Position numbers and translations under genes: made by a program. DNA of 62,915 bases, the filler included, from Atractiella rhizophila (lineage: Eukaryota), in NCBI GenBank assembly GCA_021432655.1. It is 3 parts of 3 records of this genome, joined end to end, with 100 filler letters (N's around TTAATTAATTAA, not from the genome) between each part and the next. Parts side by side here need not be neighbours in the genome. Positions count along the whole stretch, not along the records: positions 1 to 18,803 come from MU271317.1; 2 more parts are not named here. One strand, given 5' to 3'. Shown here piece by piece: positions 1-13,342 of the stretch. How positions within the stretch are numbered: the first letter of the stretch is position 1; the number at the start of each line of letters is the position of its first letter. Under the pieces are notes generated by a model. That model had not been told where the DNA came from. It was given only the letters and a program-made list of their open reading frames with translations, and did not search any database.

Positions 1-1703
1 ACTGCGTCCTGAAGCACTTTACAGAACCAAGAAGAGCTGCCGGACAAGGTGGAAAAGCGGATCGAACAGATGATGGTTCGGCTAGAGGAGATGTTGAAGA
101 CTAAGAAGGACCTAACGCCTGAGGAGAAGACTGTAGATAGGATGTTGCTGGACTTGGAAAAGACGAGGGACCTCTCGCAGACAATTGGTGCGTGTCCACC
201 GCCTGTTGTGGTTGCCGACACTGACGATGTTCCTGACTGGCACAGTCGTGGTTGACGCGGATGCGTTCTATGCAAGCGTGGAGGAGCTGTACAATCCTGA
301 ACTGAAAGGGAAGGTCCGTGTCAGACGCCTAACCTTTCAACGATAAAACAGCGACAAATCAGCTTTTCATAGATCTTCGCAGTTTCGGGAGGGGTTATAT
401 TGACCGCATCATACGAGGCTCGAAATTTGGTGTCAGAAGTGGGATGGCAGGTAAGCATCACCTTCTGCTTTGTCCTTAGCTCGCTGAAACTGGTTGACAG
501 GCTACATTGCTGGGAAGCTTTGTCCAGGGATCTTGATGGTCAAGCCAGACTTCAAACGGGTGCGCATTGTTCTTCAGACTTCATGTTTGCTGTTGACCAT
601 TGTGAAACGATAGTATTCGGAAGCATCGAAGAAAGTCATGGATGTGCTGGCCACTTTTGATCCGAATTATGCCCCTGCTTCGCTAGATGAAGCGTATTTG
701 AATGTTGTATGTGCCGTATTACCCTCTCTTGATAGCTGTCCGAGTAACACTTTAGACCCCTTATATCGTATCTCTCTATCTTAGAGTTTATTCAAATTCT
801 AACAAGAGGGATCAGAAACAGAATAGCCTTACCCCCGAAGAAGTCGGTGTCCGAATACGAGAGAGAGTAAAGGAGATATCTGGCCTGACCGTCTCTTGTG
901 GGGTCACATCACATCGAATTGTACACTCTCGAAAATTGCTGCAGACCTCAACAAGCCAAGTGAGGGTCTCTTTGCCGCTTTCCTAAGTTACATCCCTAAC
1001 TCTGATGTGATGATACATAGCCAATACGTGGTGCCTCCCGACAGAGACGCGATAAAGGAGTTCGTGAAGAACATGCCAGTTCGCAAAGTTCCAGGGGTCT
1101 GTCACCTGTGTTCGATAGTTGGAGGCGATCTCATTCGTAGATTGAGCGAGTCTCGGAATGCTGGCTTCAGGCACTGGAAATCAAGACCCTGGGGGATGTT
1201 TTCGACTCATGGGGACGTCTTTACTTGGTTCGAAATGAATGGGTCTCGGATTTCTTCTAAGAGGATATCTTGGGCTTGGTTCGACAAAGGTTGAGCGTCA
1301 CAAGCGAGAAAGGAGGAAGAGTATCGGGAATGAGCAGACATTCAGTACGAAAGGGGAAAGAGGAGACGACGGAAGAGTACGAGTGCCCTGTTTGCCTCAA
1401 GCTCTTCCAGATGGGTCTAGGAGAGTTCAAGTCTGTCCTTCCCCTCCTCTCCATTCCCCTTTGACGAAGCAAAGTTTGCTTATTTCATCGTTAGTTCGCA
1501 CGCCGACCAGCGCCTTAATCGTTCGTATTCACTCTCTTAGAATTAGTACGGACGAGTTAACGAATATTGCAAGTTCACTTGTGTTGGATTTAACCAAAGA
1601 TTCTTATGACAATTCCATTGAGAATGCTGTTTCGACAAAAGGGACAGAGTGGAACTCCAAAGTGACAATTGGTACCCAAAAACGCTTCCCCGTCGGCAAA
1701 TAA
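1..1703 (+). pseudogene. DNA polymerase kappa (DinB/Y-family) relic, copy 1
   Basis: Spliced reading gives DADAFYASVEELYNPELKGK, TASYEAR, SLDEAYL, KIAADLNKP, PVRKVPG, RKSIGNEQTF, then a UBZ-like ECPVCLKLF. There is a frameshift at ~423 (cgaaatttgg vs cgaaaatttgg in copy 2). The little-finger domain is not seen. Confidence 0.8.
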
Positions 1704-1963
1704 GGCTAAGGATAAAGAGAAAAAGAGAAAAAGATCCAAAACGAATACACTGGATGTAATGTGGGGGTACGAAATGAGGGTATATCAAATTGTTCTTGTT
1801 TGTTGTTGCCGTTGCTGGTGTCTTCTTGTGTTGTTTTGTTATCCAGAAGTTGTACCCAATTTTGTATTTCGCAATTCGGACCTCGTCCTTTCCAGATCAT
1901 AGCGTCCCTCAGTCACTGCCATCATATCGAAAGGCAAATGCTGACAGCCGTCACACTAAGTTT

Positions 1964-2217
1964 TCACGATGCCTTCTTCCGTCTGGCAACAACCATTCGA
2001 CTGGGAATCCAAGCTCTCCTTCTCGAATCTACAAAACATATGTTATTGTTCAGCGACAGCAGGAAAGAAGTAGGGAAACATGCCAGCCCATTCAATTCGA
2101 CAATTCTTATGGAGAGCCTGAATCCATCCCTCTGAGTATCCGAACAGCAGAAAGAGCGGTTTGGTCGTCTCCAGGGCAAGGAGACAATCTACACAAATCC
2201 ATCGAACATATCAGACC
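1964..2217 (-). other. 3' end of the SAM methyltransferase gene carried in duplicated segment A
   Basis: Same terminal exons (DSRRRAWIPSRMVVARRKKAS*) as at 8185-8438. It is cut by the gap. Confidence 0.75.
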
Positions 2218-2242
2218 NNNNNNNNNNNNNNNNNNNNNNNNN
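2218..2242. other. Assembly gap (25 N)
   Basis: Run of 25 N. Confidence 1.
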
Positions 2243-4095
2243 AATCTGGAAGTCCTTGGAGAAGAGATTGACCGTCTTATTCTGATCGAAGAGTCCGAAG
2301 AAGTCAGCTGAAGCACCCGCATTGACGTCTATGCCAGCTCCCAACTCTAAACATCCAGAAAATCGGCATCAGTGATTTGAGCGGGCTCTGAAGAGTTCCC
2401 GAGGTTCTTGCTGATCGTCGGGCCTTTAGCGTCCAGAGTTGCAGTGACGGTAGCAGATGAGTCGAGGTCGAGAAAACCTCTGCTTTAGCGACTGACAGCG
2501 CGTCCAGGCCGATCGAGATCTTATGCATCAAGCAGGTCAGAACCAACCTCGCCCGAAACGCGGGAGAAGCCACGTACCGTGGTATGAGGTGAAATTCGAG
2601 AGTGCCGCTAGCTCCAGCATCAGGGGAAACGCTGAGAGTGAGATCTGTAGTTGATTCATGAGGACGAGTGCGAAGGGAGAGAGGTGAACATACTGCGTCG
2701 GTTGGGTTGAAAGTTCCTTTACTTTTTATACTTTTCATTGGGAGGGAAAGTGAGGGTCGTATCCTTGGTTTTATAGGAAAGGTCGAACTTCAAGTCGACA
2801 TCGGCTTCGATGGCTGCTTTCGCCTGCGCTTTAACGCTGAAAGAAGGACCAACATTGAGGATTCTATGGGCGAAGGTTCATTCATGAACCCAAGTGTTGG
2901 ATTGAAAAACACACCCTGGGAAACTGAGGCCCGGAAGCCCAAGTTGGAATAACGTGATTTCGGGGGAAGAGATACTTGCTCCAGCATTGGCTTTCAGATC
3001 CAGAGTTCCACCAAAGAATGCGCTCAGACCTTCACCATGGCTCATGAGCACAACAGGTCAGTAGTGGAAGTATCAACGAACCAGCAAAAACGTTGAAGTT
3101 GTCTAGCTGAGGCGGTACAACGGTTCCCGTTGCGACAATGCCAAGGGTGACATCTCCCCAAAAGCAGCCATTAACTGAGATATCGAAACCAGCATCGAAG
3201 TTCCCTCCGCCTGGTAGGGGGCAGCTGATCTTTTCGTCTATCACTGGCAGGTTCTTCTGGAAGGAAATGTGGTCCAGCGTCTTTGTTTCATTAATGTTGA
3301 TCTGGTTGAACTTTCCCAGTGCGTCATCAACTACATCCAAGAGGCTACGATCCGCTGCTGAGGTGGAAGACGTCGTCGTCGTGGTATTTGAAGGAACGGT
3401 GGGGACGTTACTGCCTTGTATTGCGATGTTGAGAGTCCCAACACTGTGCAACCCAGTCAACAGTCTGATAACGCTTACAATAAGCAGGACGAACGTCTGT
3501 GGATCAATAGCCGCAAAATTGGTGTCAATTGCCAGACCGTGCACAATGGGACTGCTTCTTGAACGGGCGACATCCTGCGGTACTTGCTGGTTCTCATGTG
3601 TCCAAATCTTCGCCACTCTCGCAAATGCCATCTTTCCGCACTGTCCCACAACTTGCGTCGTCATAAGTGTACCAACGAAGGAGGGGGGCTCACGCTCTCT
3701 GGTAGCCGGACAAGCTTGTTCACACCACCTGTCGCTCCTGCAAAAAGATTGTTGCAACCATCTCCGTCTTCGTTGGTACACACGAGCCGAATCTCCTGTG
3801 CAAGAGAGGTAGAATTACATTCAAGGATCGTCCATCCTGCAGCAGTCGTGATGTCCGATAAGGCAGAGGTATTTCCCCACTGTTTCCCTTGCAAGTTTCA
3901 ACAGCTAGAAAAGGTAGAAGACAGATAAACACAGACAATTCGCATGCTTCCCGAAACGGTCGTTTTTGTGCGAGAGCTGACGGAAGGTGGAAGGTCGTAC
4001 GAACACTCTCCATCCAAGCAGGGTAGGGACCAATCATTTACCGCAGAAACGAGCGACAAGGTTGTGGCAATGACTGAGAAAAGAAGGGAATGCAT
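2243..4095 (-). CDS. Secreted Cys-containing uncharacterised protein (multi-exon, 3' end at gap, apparent frameshifts)
   Basis: Signal peptide MHSLLFSVIATTLSLVSA, then NDWSLPCLDGECSYDL, SDITTAAGWTILEC, IRLVC, VRLPESCGKMAFARV, GLPGLSFPG, GIDVNAGASADFFGLF. Single-base shifts occur near 2730, 2475 and 2360. Confidence 0.7.
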
Positions 4096-5617
4096 GGTCG
4101 ATGCACGTTTTCTAGAAAGAACGAAGGAAAGGTCGACAGCACCGTTGGAGAGGATATACGGTATGAAAGGAGAAAGAGCTTCAAGCTCCAAATCAGCTAC
4201 AAGCTGGCGTCGTCTGAAAAGAAAGCAAACTGGCTAGAACACAGAGCACGATATTTAACTCGTTCCTGCTCCCTCCGCCTTTCAATCGGTTTGCATTTCG
4301 CCTGCGTGGATCGATCGACGCATGTTCATCGCTTCTCCACCCAGCCCAAGCCAAATCTCTTGCTTGACAACCGTTTCGTTTGTCCAGCCGGCACCCTGTA
4401 AACTGCTGTACCAGTCACGACACCCGCAAAAGATGGTTATGCCATCACCAGAAATCATTCAGCTATGCCATCCCCAGTCAAAGTCAACACACTCTCGTGC
4501 TCCTGCGAGTTAACGTCTGCATGTCTGCACGTGAAGAAGCTTGCTCATGGAGTCCGATGTTCGGAGATAACGACTGCCTCTGCGCGATCCCACGCCGTCG
4601 TGCGACAGAACAACTGCGACGCGTCCACGACCACTGCCACTTTTTCAACGACCTCACCTGGATCATGACAGCGCACATTTTACCTGGAGGTTACATTTTG
4701 ACGTGTCTTAGTACGACTACGTGGGATGGTACGCGTCTTGGTCTTGTCTAGGGCTCACGTGCGGCGGGATGGTCCATTTTCTCACGCCATGTTCCCGCCT
4801 TCACTTGGGTCAGGAATCTGTTGTCCCGCTCCTAGGTCCCGACTGTGGGCATTCCGGCCTACATAAACGACGACGCAGTTTGAGTGCCTTCATATTCTTC
4901 AGACATCACAATCATCGACACAGACATGGCGCCTTTGCTCATTTGCGAGACTTTTACTTGGAAGTATTACCTCCTTTCTTCCCACCAGCTCGATCCCCTC
5001 TCTTCCCCGAGAGTTGAAAGCAAGTTCGCTGCAGTGTTTGCCACTCTGAACACTCAGGCCAACGCCTCGTTCGTCCTTTCTCCTATCCTCCTTTTCCCAT
5101 ATTCCTGCTACCACTTGATTTCTGACGTTTGGGGGGATAGTGGCAAAGTTCCGTTCCAAGGATATGGCGACTTTAAAACCAGCGAAATGCAATGGTACGC
5201 ATGGCTTTATCCATTTACCTGTCACCTTAACTGACCACGATGTCCTAGCGCTAAGACGATGGAATCTACTGGAAGCAGCTCCAGCAGTGTTTCCAGCGTC
5301 TTCGAATTGCATTCGGAGAAGTCTTCCCATACTACCTTGGGTCAATTAGAGTACGAAGCTTTGCAAGCAACGAAAGCGTGAGTCGCTCGTTCCAAGGAAT
5401 TTTGTGTCGAGGCTAAATTTCATTTGGATAGTCTGCCAATGACGGAGAGGACTTTCTTCTCCAAAGTCATTGCTCCTCCTCTTTCGGGGGATTTTGTCTC
5501 CGCCTCTTCTATGGGCAGCGTGGACGTCTGCGCGTCTAAAGTGACTGAAACGTATTGTCTCTCCTTCTAGCATTATTGCTGGACGCTAATCATAGTAATC
5601 GTGATGACAGGGAACCT

Positions 5618-6163
5618 ATGGAGAAGACGCTATCCGCTGGAATGGCCCGTGTCGACGCTTTTATGGCATCGGTCGACGGTGCCTTCATGAGTCCCGAACC
5701 CATGGCGGCGTCTTCGGCCGGATCCAATGAGAACAGCTCGTCCTTGGCTGATCCCGTCTCTCGCTCGGATTCGAACACGTCCAGCGCCAGTGTCCATTCG
5801 GACACAGTCTACATCGCTCACCACACCCCTGGACTTCGAGCGGGAATCGATTTCGAGCTCAAGTTGCTGTCTGAGCCCCCACTCTACACGCCAGAGGTCA
5901 GAAGGTACTATCCTCTCACGCCAGGAGAATGTGCCCAGTTCTTCGTCATCGAGATCGAAACGGTGGGCATCATCACTCTTTGTCTCACGAGGAGCGAAGT
6001 GTTCGCCGGCTTAGAGAATGGCTACTTCGCCAGTCTTGGAATGAAGAGACTCAAGTCTCACGCTGGAGAGATTGACTGGGTGGACATCGAGTCAGGTGTG
6101 CTCTTTCTTCTACTCCTACCGCAGGAGCTAATGAATCGTCTCGATCCGACAAGTGTCCTTTGA
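5618..6163 (+). CDS. Hypothetical protein
   Basis: Open ~180 codons with coding-like composition (Ser-rich N-terminus, globular-looking C-terminus). No recognised motif. The 3' end may be spliced. Confidence 0.45.
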   Translation: MEKTLSAGMARVDAFMASVDGAFMSPEPMAASSAGSNENSSSLADPVSRSDSNTSSASVHSDTVYIAHHTPGLRAGIDFELKLLSEPPLYTPEVRRYYPLTPGECAQFFVIEIETVGIITLCLTRSEVFAGLENGYFASLGMKRLKSHAGEIDWVDIESGVLFLLLLPQELMNRLDPTSVL

Positions 6164-6258
6164 GTAATAATGCGAGCATATTCCGAACTCTGTTATGCTC
6201 GAAACTGTGTGAATATACCCGTTTAACATAAACAAATTAAATGTCTTCTGTATATTCC

Positions 6259-7985
6259 ACTGCGCCGTGAAGTACTTTACAGAACCAAGAAGAGCTGCCG
6301 GACAAGGTGGAAAAGCGGATCGAACAGATGATGCTTCGGCTAGAGGAGATGTTGAAGACTAAGAAGGACCTGACGCCTGAGGAGAAGACGGTAGATAGGA
6401 TGTTGCTGGACTTGGAAAAGACGAGGGACCTCTCGCAGACAATTGGTGTGTGTCCACCTCCTGTTCTGGTTGCCGACACTGAAGATGTTCTTGGCTGGGG
6501 TAGTCGTGGTTGACGCGGATGCTTTCTATGCAAGTGTGGAGGAGCTGTACAACCCAGAACTGAAAGGCAAGGTACGGACCGTGTCAGGCGCTTAGCCCTT
6601 GAACAAGAAAACAGCGACAAATCAACTTTTCATAGATCTTCGCAGTCTCGGGAGGGGTTATATTGACCGCATCATACGAGGCTCGAAAATTTGGTGTCAG
6701 AAGTGGGATGGCGGGTAAGCATCACCTTCTGCTTTGTCCTTAGCTCGCTGAAACTGTTTGACAGGCTACATTGCTGAGAAGCTTTGTCCAGGGATCTTGA
6801 TGGTCAAACCAGACTTCAAACGGGTGCGCATTGTTTCTTCAGACTTCATGTTTGCTGTTGACCATTGTGAAACGATAGTATTCGGAAGCATCGAAGAAAG
6901 TCATGGATGTGCTGGCCACTTTTGATCCGAATTATGCCCCTGCTTCGCTGGATGAAGCGTATTTGAATGTTGTATGTGCCGTATTATCCTATCTTGATAG
7001 CTATCTGAGTACGCTTTAGACCTCTTATATCGTATCTCTCTATCTTAGCGGTTATTCAAATTCTAACAAGAGGGATCAGAAAGAGAATAGCCTTACCCCC
7101 GAAGAAGTCGGTGTCCGAATACGAGAGAAAGTAAAAGAGATATCTGGCCTGACCGTCTCTTGTGGGGTCACACCGAATTGTATGCTCTCGAAAATTGCTG
7201 CAGACCTCAACAAGCCAAGTGAGGATCTCTTGCCGCTTTCCTAAGCTACATCCCTAACTCTGATGTGATGAGAGATGGCCAATACGTCGTGCCTCCAGAC
7301 AGAGACGCGATAAAGGAGTTCATGAAGAATATGCCAGTTCGCAAAGTTCCAGGGGGTTTGTCACCTACGTTCGATAGTTGGAGGCGATCTCATTCGACGT
7401 TCGTAGATTGGACGCGTCTCGGAACGCTGGCTTCAGGCACTGGAAATCAAGACCCTGGGGGATGTTTTCGACTCACGGCGGACGTCTTTACTTGGTTCGA
7501 CGAAGGTTGAGCGTCACAAGCGAGAAGGGAGGAAGAGTATCGGGAATGAGCAGACACTCAGTACCAAAGGGGAAAGAGGAGACGATGGAAGAGTACGAGT
7601 GCCCTGTTTGCCTCAAGCTCTTCCAGATGGGTCTAGGAGAGTTCAAGTCTGTCCTTCCCCTCCCTCTCCCTTTCCCTTTGACGAAGCAAAGTTTGCTTAT
7701 TCCATCGTTAGTTCGCACGCCGACCAGCGCCTTAATCTTTCGTATTCACTCTCTTACGAATTAGTACGGACGAGTTAACGAATATTGCAGGCTCACTTGT
7801 ATTAGATTTAACCAAAGATTCCGATGACAATTCCATTGAGAATGCTGTTTCGACAAAAGGGACAGAGCGGAACTCCAAAGTGACAATTGGTACCCAAAAA
7901 CGTCGATCTTCCACGTCGGTAAATAAGGCTGAGGATAAAGAGAAAAGAGAAAAAGATCCAAAACGAATACACTGGATGTAATGTG
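6259..7985 (+). pseudogene. DNA polymerase kappa relic, copy 2
   Basis: DADAFYASVEEL, YEARKFGVRSGMAG, KLCP, SLDEAYL motifs. The N-terminus looks truncated, there is a 51-bp deletion relative to copy 1, and the little finger is absent before ECPVC. Confidence 0.8.
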
Positions 7986-8438
7986 GGGGTACGAAATGAG
8001 GGTATATCAAATTGTTCTTGTTTGTTGCTGCCGTTGCTGGTGTCTTCTTGTGTTGTTTTGTTATCCAGAAGTTGTACCTAATTTTGTATTTCGAAATTCG
8101 GACCTCGTCCTTTCCAGATCATAGCGTCCCTCAGTCACTGCCGTAATATCGAAAGGTATATGCGGACCGCCGTCACACTAAGTTTCACGATGCCTTCTTC
8201 CGTCTGGCAACAACCATTCGACTGGGAATCCAAGCTCTCCTTCTCGAATCTACAGAACATATGATATTATTCAGCGACAGCAGGAAAGAAGCAGGGAAAC
8301 ATGCCAGCCCATTCAATTCGACAATTCTTATGGAGTGCCTGAATCCATCCCTCTGAGTATCCGAACAGCAGAAAGAGCGGTTTGGTCGTCTCCAGGGCAA
8401 GGAGGCAATCTACACAAATCGATCGAACATATAAGACC
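6259..8438. repeat. Duplicated segment A, copy 2
   Basis: Direct match to 1-2217. Confidence 0.95.
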
Positions 8439-9814
8439 ATCAGACTTTCAATCTGTCACATCCATAACGGGAAGTAAAATCTGAGGGAGGATGAGGCGAC
8501 AAACCACGCAACAAGTACCGACCTGCCACCTTCAGGTCTTCATCGCTGGCCCAATCACCGATGGGACAATCCAACCTCTTCGCGAGGACTAATTGTAATT
8601 TTGGGTTCCGTCCCACCATTTCTGCTAGATGGGCTGGGGCATCAGGATGGGCTCCCTAATTTTTTTTTTGAGCGGAGCGCTCAACAGTCCATGAGGAGAT
8701 GGAAAGAAGGACAAACCCTTGCAGCCATGCATTCGCGCAGAGTACGCCACCACAATCTATCCCACGCATACGATCAGTATTTGTTATTATTTGGCTGAGA
8801 GAAGCAGATAAAGAAATTGGCGCACAAGGTCGCTTCTCCAACATTGCCCTCTCCCTCGAACACACTGAAAGGCATCTCCCCTGGCTCGATGAGGACCATC
8901 ATCCCGCCTACCTCCAGTCCCTGTGCGATTTGCTCAATTATGGCTTCCCAATCCCTTATCTGTACATCAATCATGATCAACCATCTATCCACAATCGGAT
9001 AAAGGAGTCAGCGACTCACTCCCCATATGAGACATCGCATGAATATCAGCTCAAACTTCCTCTTCTCCCCCTCCCCTATCCTGTCCTCCCTCTTCCGGAG
9101 GATATATGAGTAATCCAAGTCGTCCACCTTGGTGAAGTCTTCGCAAACAAAGGTCACGTTCGGAGGCACTCTTTCCGGTTGCACTGGCGCCAGATCCACA
9201 CCAATCACAGTGGAGTTGGGGAACTCGTCGCCCATCTGGATGGCCCAAACTCCAGAGCCGGTGCCGAGGTCTGTTCCATCCCATTCAAAACTCTCAGTGC
9301 ATGCCACCCAGGTTTTGAAGTTTGAGATGATAGGTGGAAGACGCACCAAGAATGGTTCGTGGGCCTGGAACGGGATCCTTCGGGTCGAGGTGCAATGAGA
9401 GGACTTCGATGGGGTAGTTCCGTCCTCCAAGCAGGAGTTTGTACCCCTCGTGTTGACAGTCCAGCCTGTCGAGCTCCTCGGCATCATTTGGGTAGTAATA
9501 AGCTGGGAGGAATTAGTCTCGACTGTTGTTCGTGAAGAAAGGAGGGACACACCGATGTCGTGTTCGGAATTGTGGAACCTATGGCATCGATACAACCAAA
9601 AGAAGTCACACTGAGCACGTATTTGAAGTAGGAAAACGAGAAGGACCAACCTCCTCCCTTCTGCGTAGGAGAACCAGGAAGCGCTGGAGCTCAAGCTGCT
9701 CCCTTCATCGTCCATGTTGACATCGTAGGTGCCAGCGCTAGCGAGGCTCCTTTGCGAGTTCGAGTCGGAGAATGCGATTGAAGGCTCCCTGTCATAACCA
9801 TATTCTTGAGTCAT
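8185..9814 (-). CDS. Class I SAM-dependent methyltransferase (LaeA-like family), multi-exon
   Basis: YYPNDAEELDRLDCQH, DLGTGSGVWAIQMGDEFP, VIGVDLAPVQP, NVTFVCED, FELIFMR, LEVGGMMVLIE, PIGDWA. The start codon is uncertain. Confidence 0.85.
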
Positions 9815-10222
9815 GGGCTTCGCAACGGCGTTGGGCTTGACGGTGGTGCTGGTGCACTGACAGACGTTGGTGGGAGGGGGTACAGGAATAGCTCGAAGAT
9901 GAAGTTTCCATTTGCTTGGTAGTTGCTCAGATCGATTGGGAGCCAGGGGACAGGAGCACAACCTCACGTCACCACAATCCTTTTGCTCATGCCCATATTT
10001 GTTTATCGATATCTATATGCTACAATGAAGACATCAACATGCAGATATAGACACTGAAATCCAGTGAGACATATCGCTCAGAGTGAAGCGTTCACCATTG
10101 TTGTGCCTCTCCAATCTGTCGGTACTCGGGCGACTTGCTTTCTTCGGAAGATTAATTGCACCAATGTTCAACCATTCAAAAGTTGATATTGACAACTTGA
10201 AGTTGTTACATTTTGACTGCAC

Positions 10223-12246
10223 CCCGTTGCAGTATTGAGCATCCGAGCTCAATTTGCCCTGCTTCATAGGGAAACCATAGAAACTTGAGTCGCATGAAAG
10301 CGAGGAATCTCAAAAATTTGAACTTGCAAGCTTAGACCAGCTATTTTCTCAGGACCACTTTTGCAGTCGTTCGAAATTTGAAACCCAATATAGGGCTCTA
10401 AAATGGAGTTTATTTTCTTCATGGTATATTGTAGTCAACGTCCCTAGTTTATGGAGCCTAATGCGAACCGACATGAATGTTTCTGCCTGACAATCATGAT
10501 GGCCACGTTCTGACTCTCCCTCATAAATTATAAATTTGTTCTTTTTTCTTGTTGAGGAAATCGTGAAGGCCCAACTTCATAAATCCCTGGGGCAGGTTTG
10601 TCCTGGGTCCATAGTCTCTCAGCGCCACACGATGAAAGGAGCCGTCTACTTTTTCCAGTTACCCTGTTCTTACCCCCATACAAAAGGGTGCCTTAGATCC
10701 ATCAGTCGAACTACCATCTATTATCCACTTTGACACCGACTTTCGCGGTAGTCCGTCTACCTCTTCTACATTCCCTAATTTTCTGGCTCATTGCTTTGCC
10801 ATGTCAGCAGCGACTGACAATTTGGACCACTCCTCTCATATGATACCATAATAAGTCTGTCACCGATATGGGCCGACACATTCCTCCTGTCCACTCACCT
10901 CCTCGTACCGCGGTACCACCATCGACTGGATGGACGTTAGGATCATTTGTGATCATGGTGAGGGAGAAAGGTGGCACGGCTGTAGACGACTAGATTGACG
11001 AGATCGCACGAGAAGAGGGGAGGAGGCAAGTTATAAAAGCTGCCTGATCTCTTTCCTTGCATGACATCAGCAATCTTTCTTGACCGCGAAGTAGACGAAC
11101 AAACTGAACAAAATGCCTCGAGTCTTTGTTATTACTAGTACTGCTAGGAGTGAGAAGTTGATTTCCTATCACTCAGCACTAATAGTCCCCAATCACTCAT
11201 CAGTGAGTGCAAGCAATACAAATAATTATGTGATTGGGGAAAAGAAGAAGAAGGGAAACACATCAAGCCATACTTATAAGTCCGAGGGACGATGACACGC
11301 TTGTTAGAATAAAGTATTATCATATCCCAAGACTCTACATTGTTTTGCTAACATCTACTAACGACACCCGTGCTTGCTTTGCCAGCATGCCCATCAAGAA
11401 TGGCAAATTGAACCAGTTAGTGGCAAAGGTGATGATTGAAGATCCATAACCAATGTTCACGCTCTTGTTGACAGTCGATCCCTTATTCAATGCTCCAGAT
11501 GATCCAAAAGTTGCGTGTATAACCTTATTAGCATAAACCTCCGGAGGCATTGATTTCCTTTGCCCTCGTTCCCTATTGGCGGTGAGCTGTTCAATGATAG
11601 CACTGGCGAATGGCGATCCTGCAGCGTTGTTTTGGAGTTATAATTGTTCCTGTGTGAAGGAGAGGAAGACCTGCCTTCCTTGATAATCGCTTCGTCAGGC
11701 ATTTTCTTGGTCATGTTTGACTTTATACCTCCTGAGTTAACATAGAGGACATCTATGTTAAATGGCCTCAGTTCTTCTCGCAAGGCCATGCTCCATCCAT
11801 GAACTCCCGCTTTAGCAGCAGAGTATGGCGAGCTCCAAATCTGAGGTCTGCGTCATTCTATTTAGATTGCGGTTGTAAGTGGAATGGAAAACACACAGCT
11901 TTGCTACAAGCGATCCAATGGTAATGATCAATCCATCCTTGTTCTGGAGCATCGATTTATTCAAAACCTCATGCGTAACACGCATGGTTCCTGTCAACTG
12001 GAATCTAGAATTATCTCAACGTTCGAAGTACGAGGAAACGCTTACGTTTACTTCTAAAATGTTTCTTAGCTCTTTCTCAAAATCAAACTCGACGAAGGCC
12101 CCGATTTTCAGTGCTCCAGAATTATTGATAAGAACGTCTATCCGTCCATTTGAGCCTGGGTGGGACAGAATGTTTGCAATTGCCTTCTTCACGGAGTCGG
12201 GGGACGTGATGTCCAGACATTCAAGGATGCAGCCCAGTTCTTCCAT
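10223..12246. repeat. Duplicated segment B, copy 1 (matches 16782-18803)
   Basis: Colinear high-identity match. Copy 2 is bounded by gaps on both sides. Confidence 0.95.
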
Positions 12247-12484
12247 GAAGTAGGCTGTGAGCAAAGTGATGTTAAAGACAAACTGACTGTACCTTGAAGT
12301 CCTTCCATGCCTTGTATCTTTCGTGAGGTAGCGAAGACTGTGCATCCTCTCTAAGACCACTCAGCTTTACCCATCCGATCAAACAGAGGAATCCAACCTC
12401 TACAAATGCCTTTGCTAGCTCGTAGCCTAGACCCCCTTTGGTGCAACCAGTGATAACAACTGTTATTTGTAGACTAGGTGTCAT
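11335..12484 (-). CDS. Short-chain dehydrogenase/reductase (Ayr1-like)
   Basis: VVITGCTKGGLGYELA Rossmann motif, LDIT, IDVLINNSG, YSAAK catalytic motif, LREELRPFNIDV, GGIKSN. Several short introns. Confidence 0.88.
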
Positions 12485-13342
12485 TGTTTCTTTCCTCCTT
12501 GAGTGTCCTATCTCTCTCGGTTTCCTGTATGAAATTGAGTGGCAAGTGGATGACATTCATTATATTTTATACTGTCCCTAATATTCTACACGGTGTGGAC
12601 GAGTAATATGGAGTGTTATGTCGCTTGGTGAATTCTTGCAGTGGCAGAAAACGAGGAGCGTGAGGCTGACAAATATTCCTGAGACCTGACATGCCTGACA
12701 AAGCAGCAAGGATACGAACACAGAATACAGTGACTCAAATTAGCTTCAAGATCACTAGCAGAAACATTAGTAAAGTTCGGTTTTCGCGTATCGTGGATCA
12801 AAGGCCAATCTCTACGAATTCACGCCCATCGATCCCAATCTCACATCCCTCCCCTACCAACATAAGCTGTGTGGATTTGAAGGTGCCCTTTCTCTTCGTT
12901 TCACGGTGGACTTTAACGCTATATGGAAATCACATTTCGCTTCTCCTGGGCTCAAACGAACACCAACTCGGCTAAGAGTGAGCGCAAGTGCCAGTATTCT
13001 TACATCGGTGTAGGATCCCAGCAGAGGGACAAAACGGCTCAATTGTAGCAGTTCCCGAGCCTTAGCGGCCGAGTAGGAGTGGGCAAAACAGGAATGGAAT
13101 GTAGGAGAGGCTGAAGGAACGACGGAGGCGAATTGGAAGGTGCCTACCTATGCACCATCACCCCTTTAAGTTGAAGTTTCAAGTCTAGATCGAGCTTCAT
13201 GCAGCTTCATAGGTGGCACTTGGTAACTTGCCTAAAGTTCAATAATACATTTGCATCATCAGTTGGCTAATCATGTAGTGCCGATACACGTTGGTAATCT
13301 TAGCATATGTGCACTATTACACTCACATACGCCATGTTGCGT

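Larger units (their letters stand above)
1..2217. repeat. Duplicated segment A, copy 1 (matches ~6259-8438)
   Basis: Colinear high-identity match starting at offset 6258, with substitutions and small indels. It ends at a 25-N gap. Confidence 0.95.

Noticed and set aside
4400..5234. Possible small multi-exon gene on the + strand
   Set aside because: Splice-like signals exist, but I could not build a consistent model or recognise a family.
11113..11160. MPRVFVIT(S/G)TAR, resembling an SDR N-terminus on the + strand (also near 17669)
   Set aside because: It is too short and has no continuing exons. At most it is a tiny relic.
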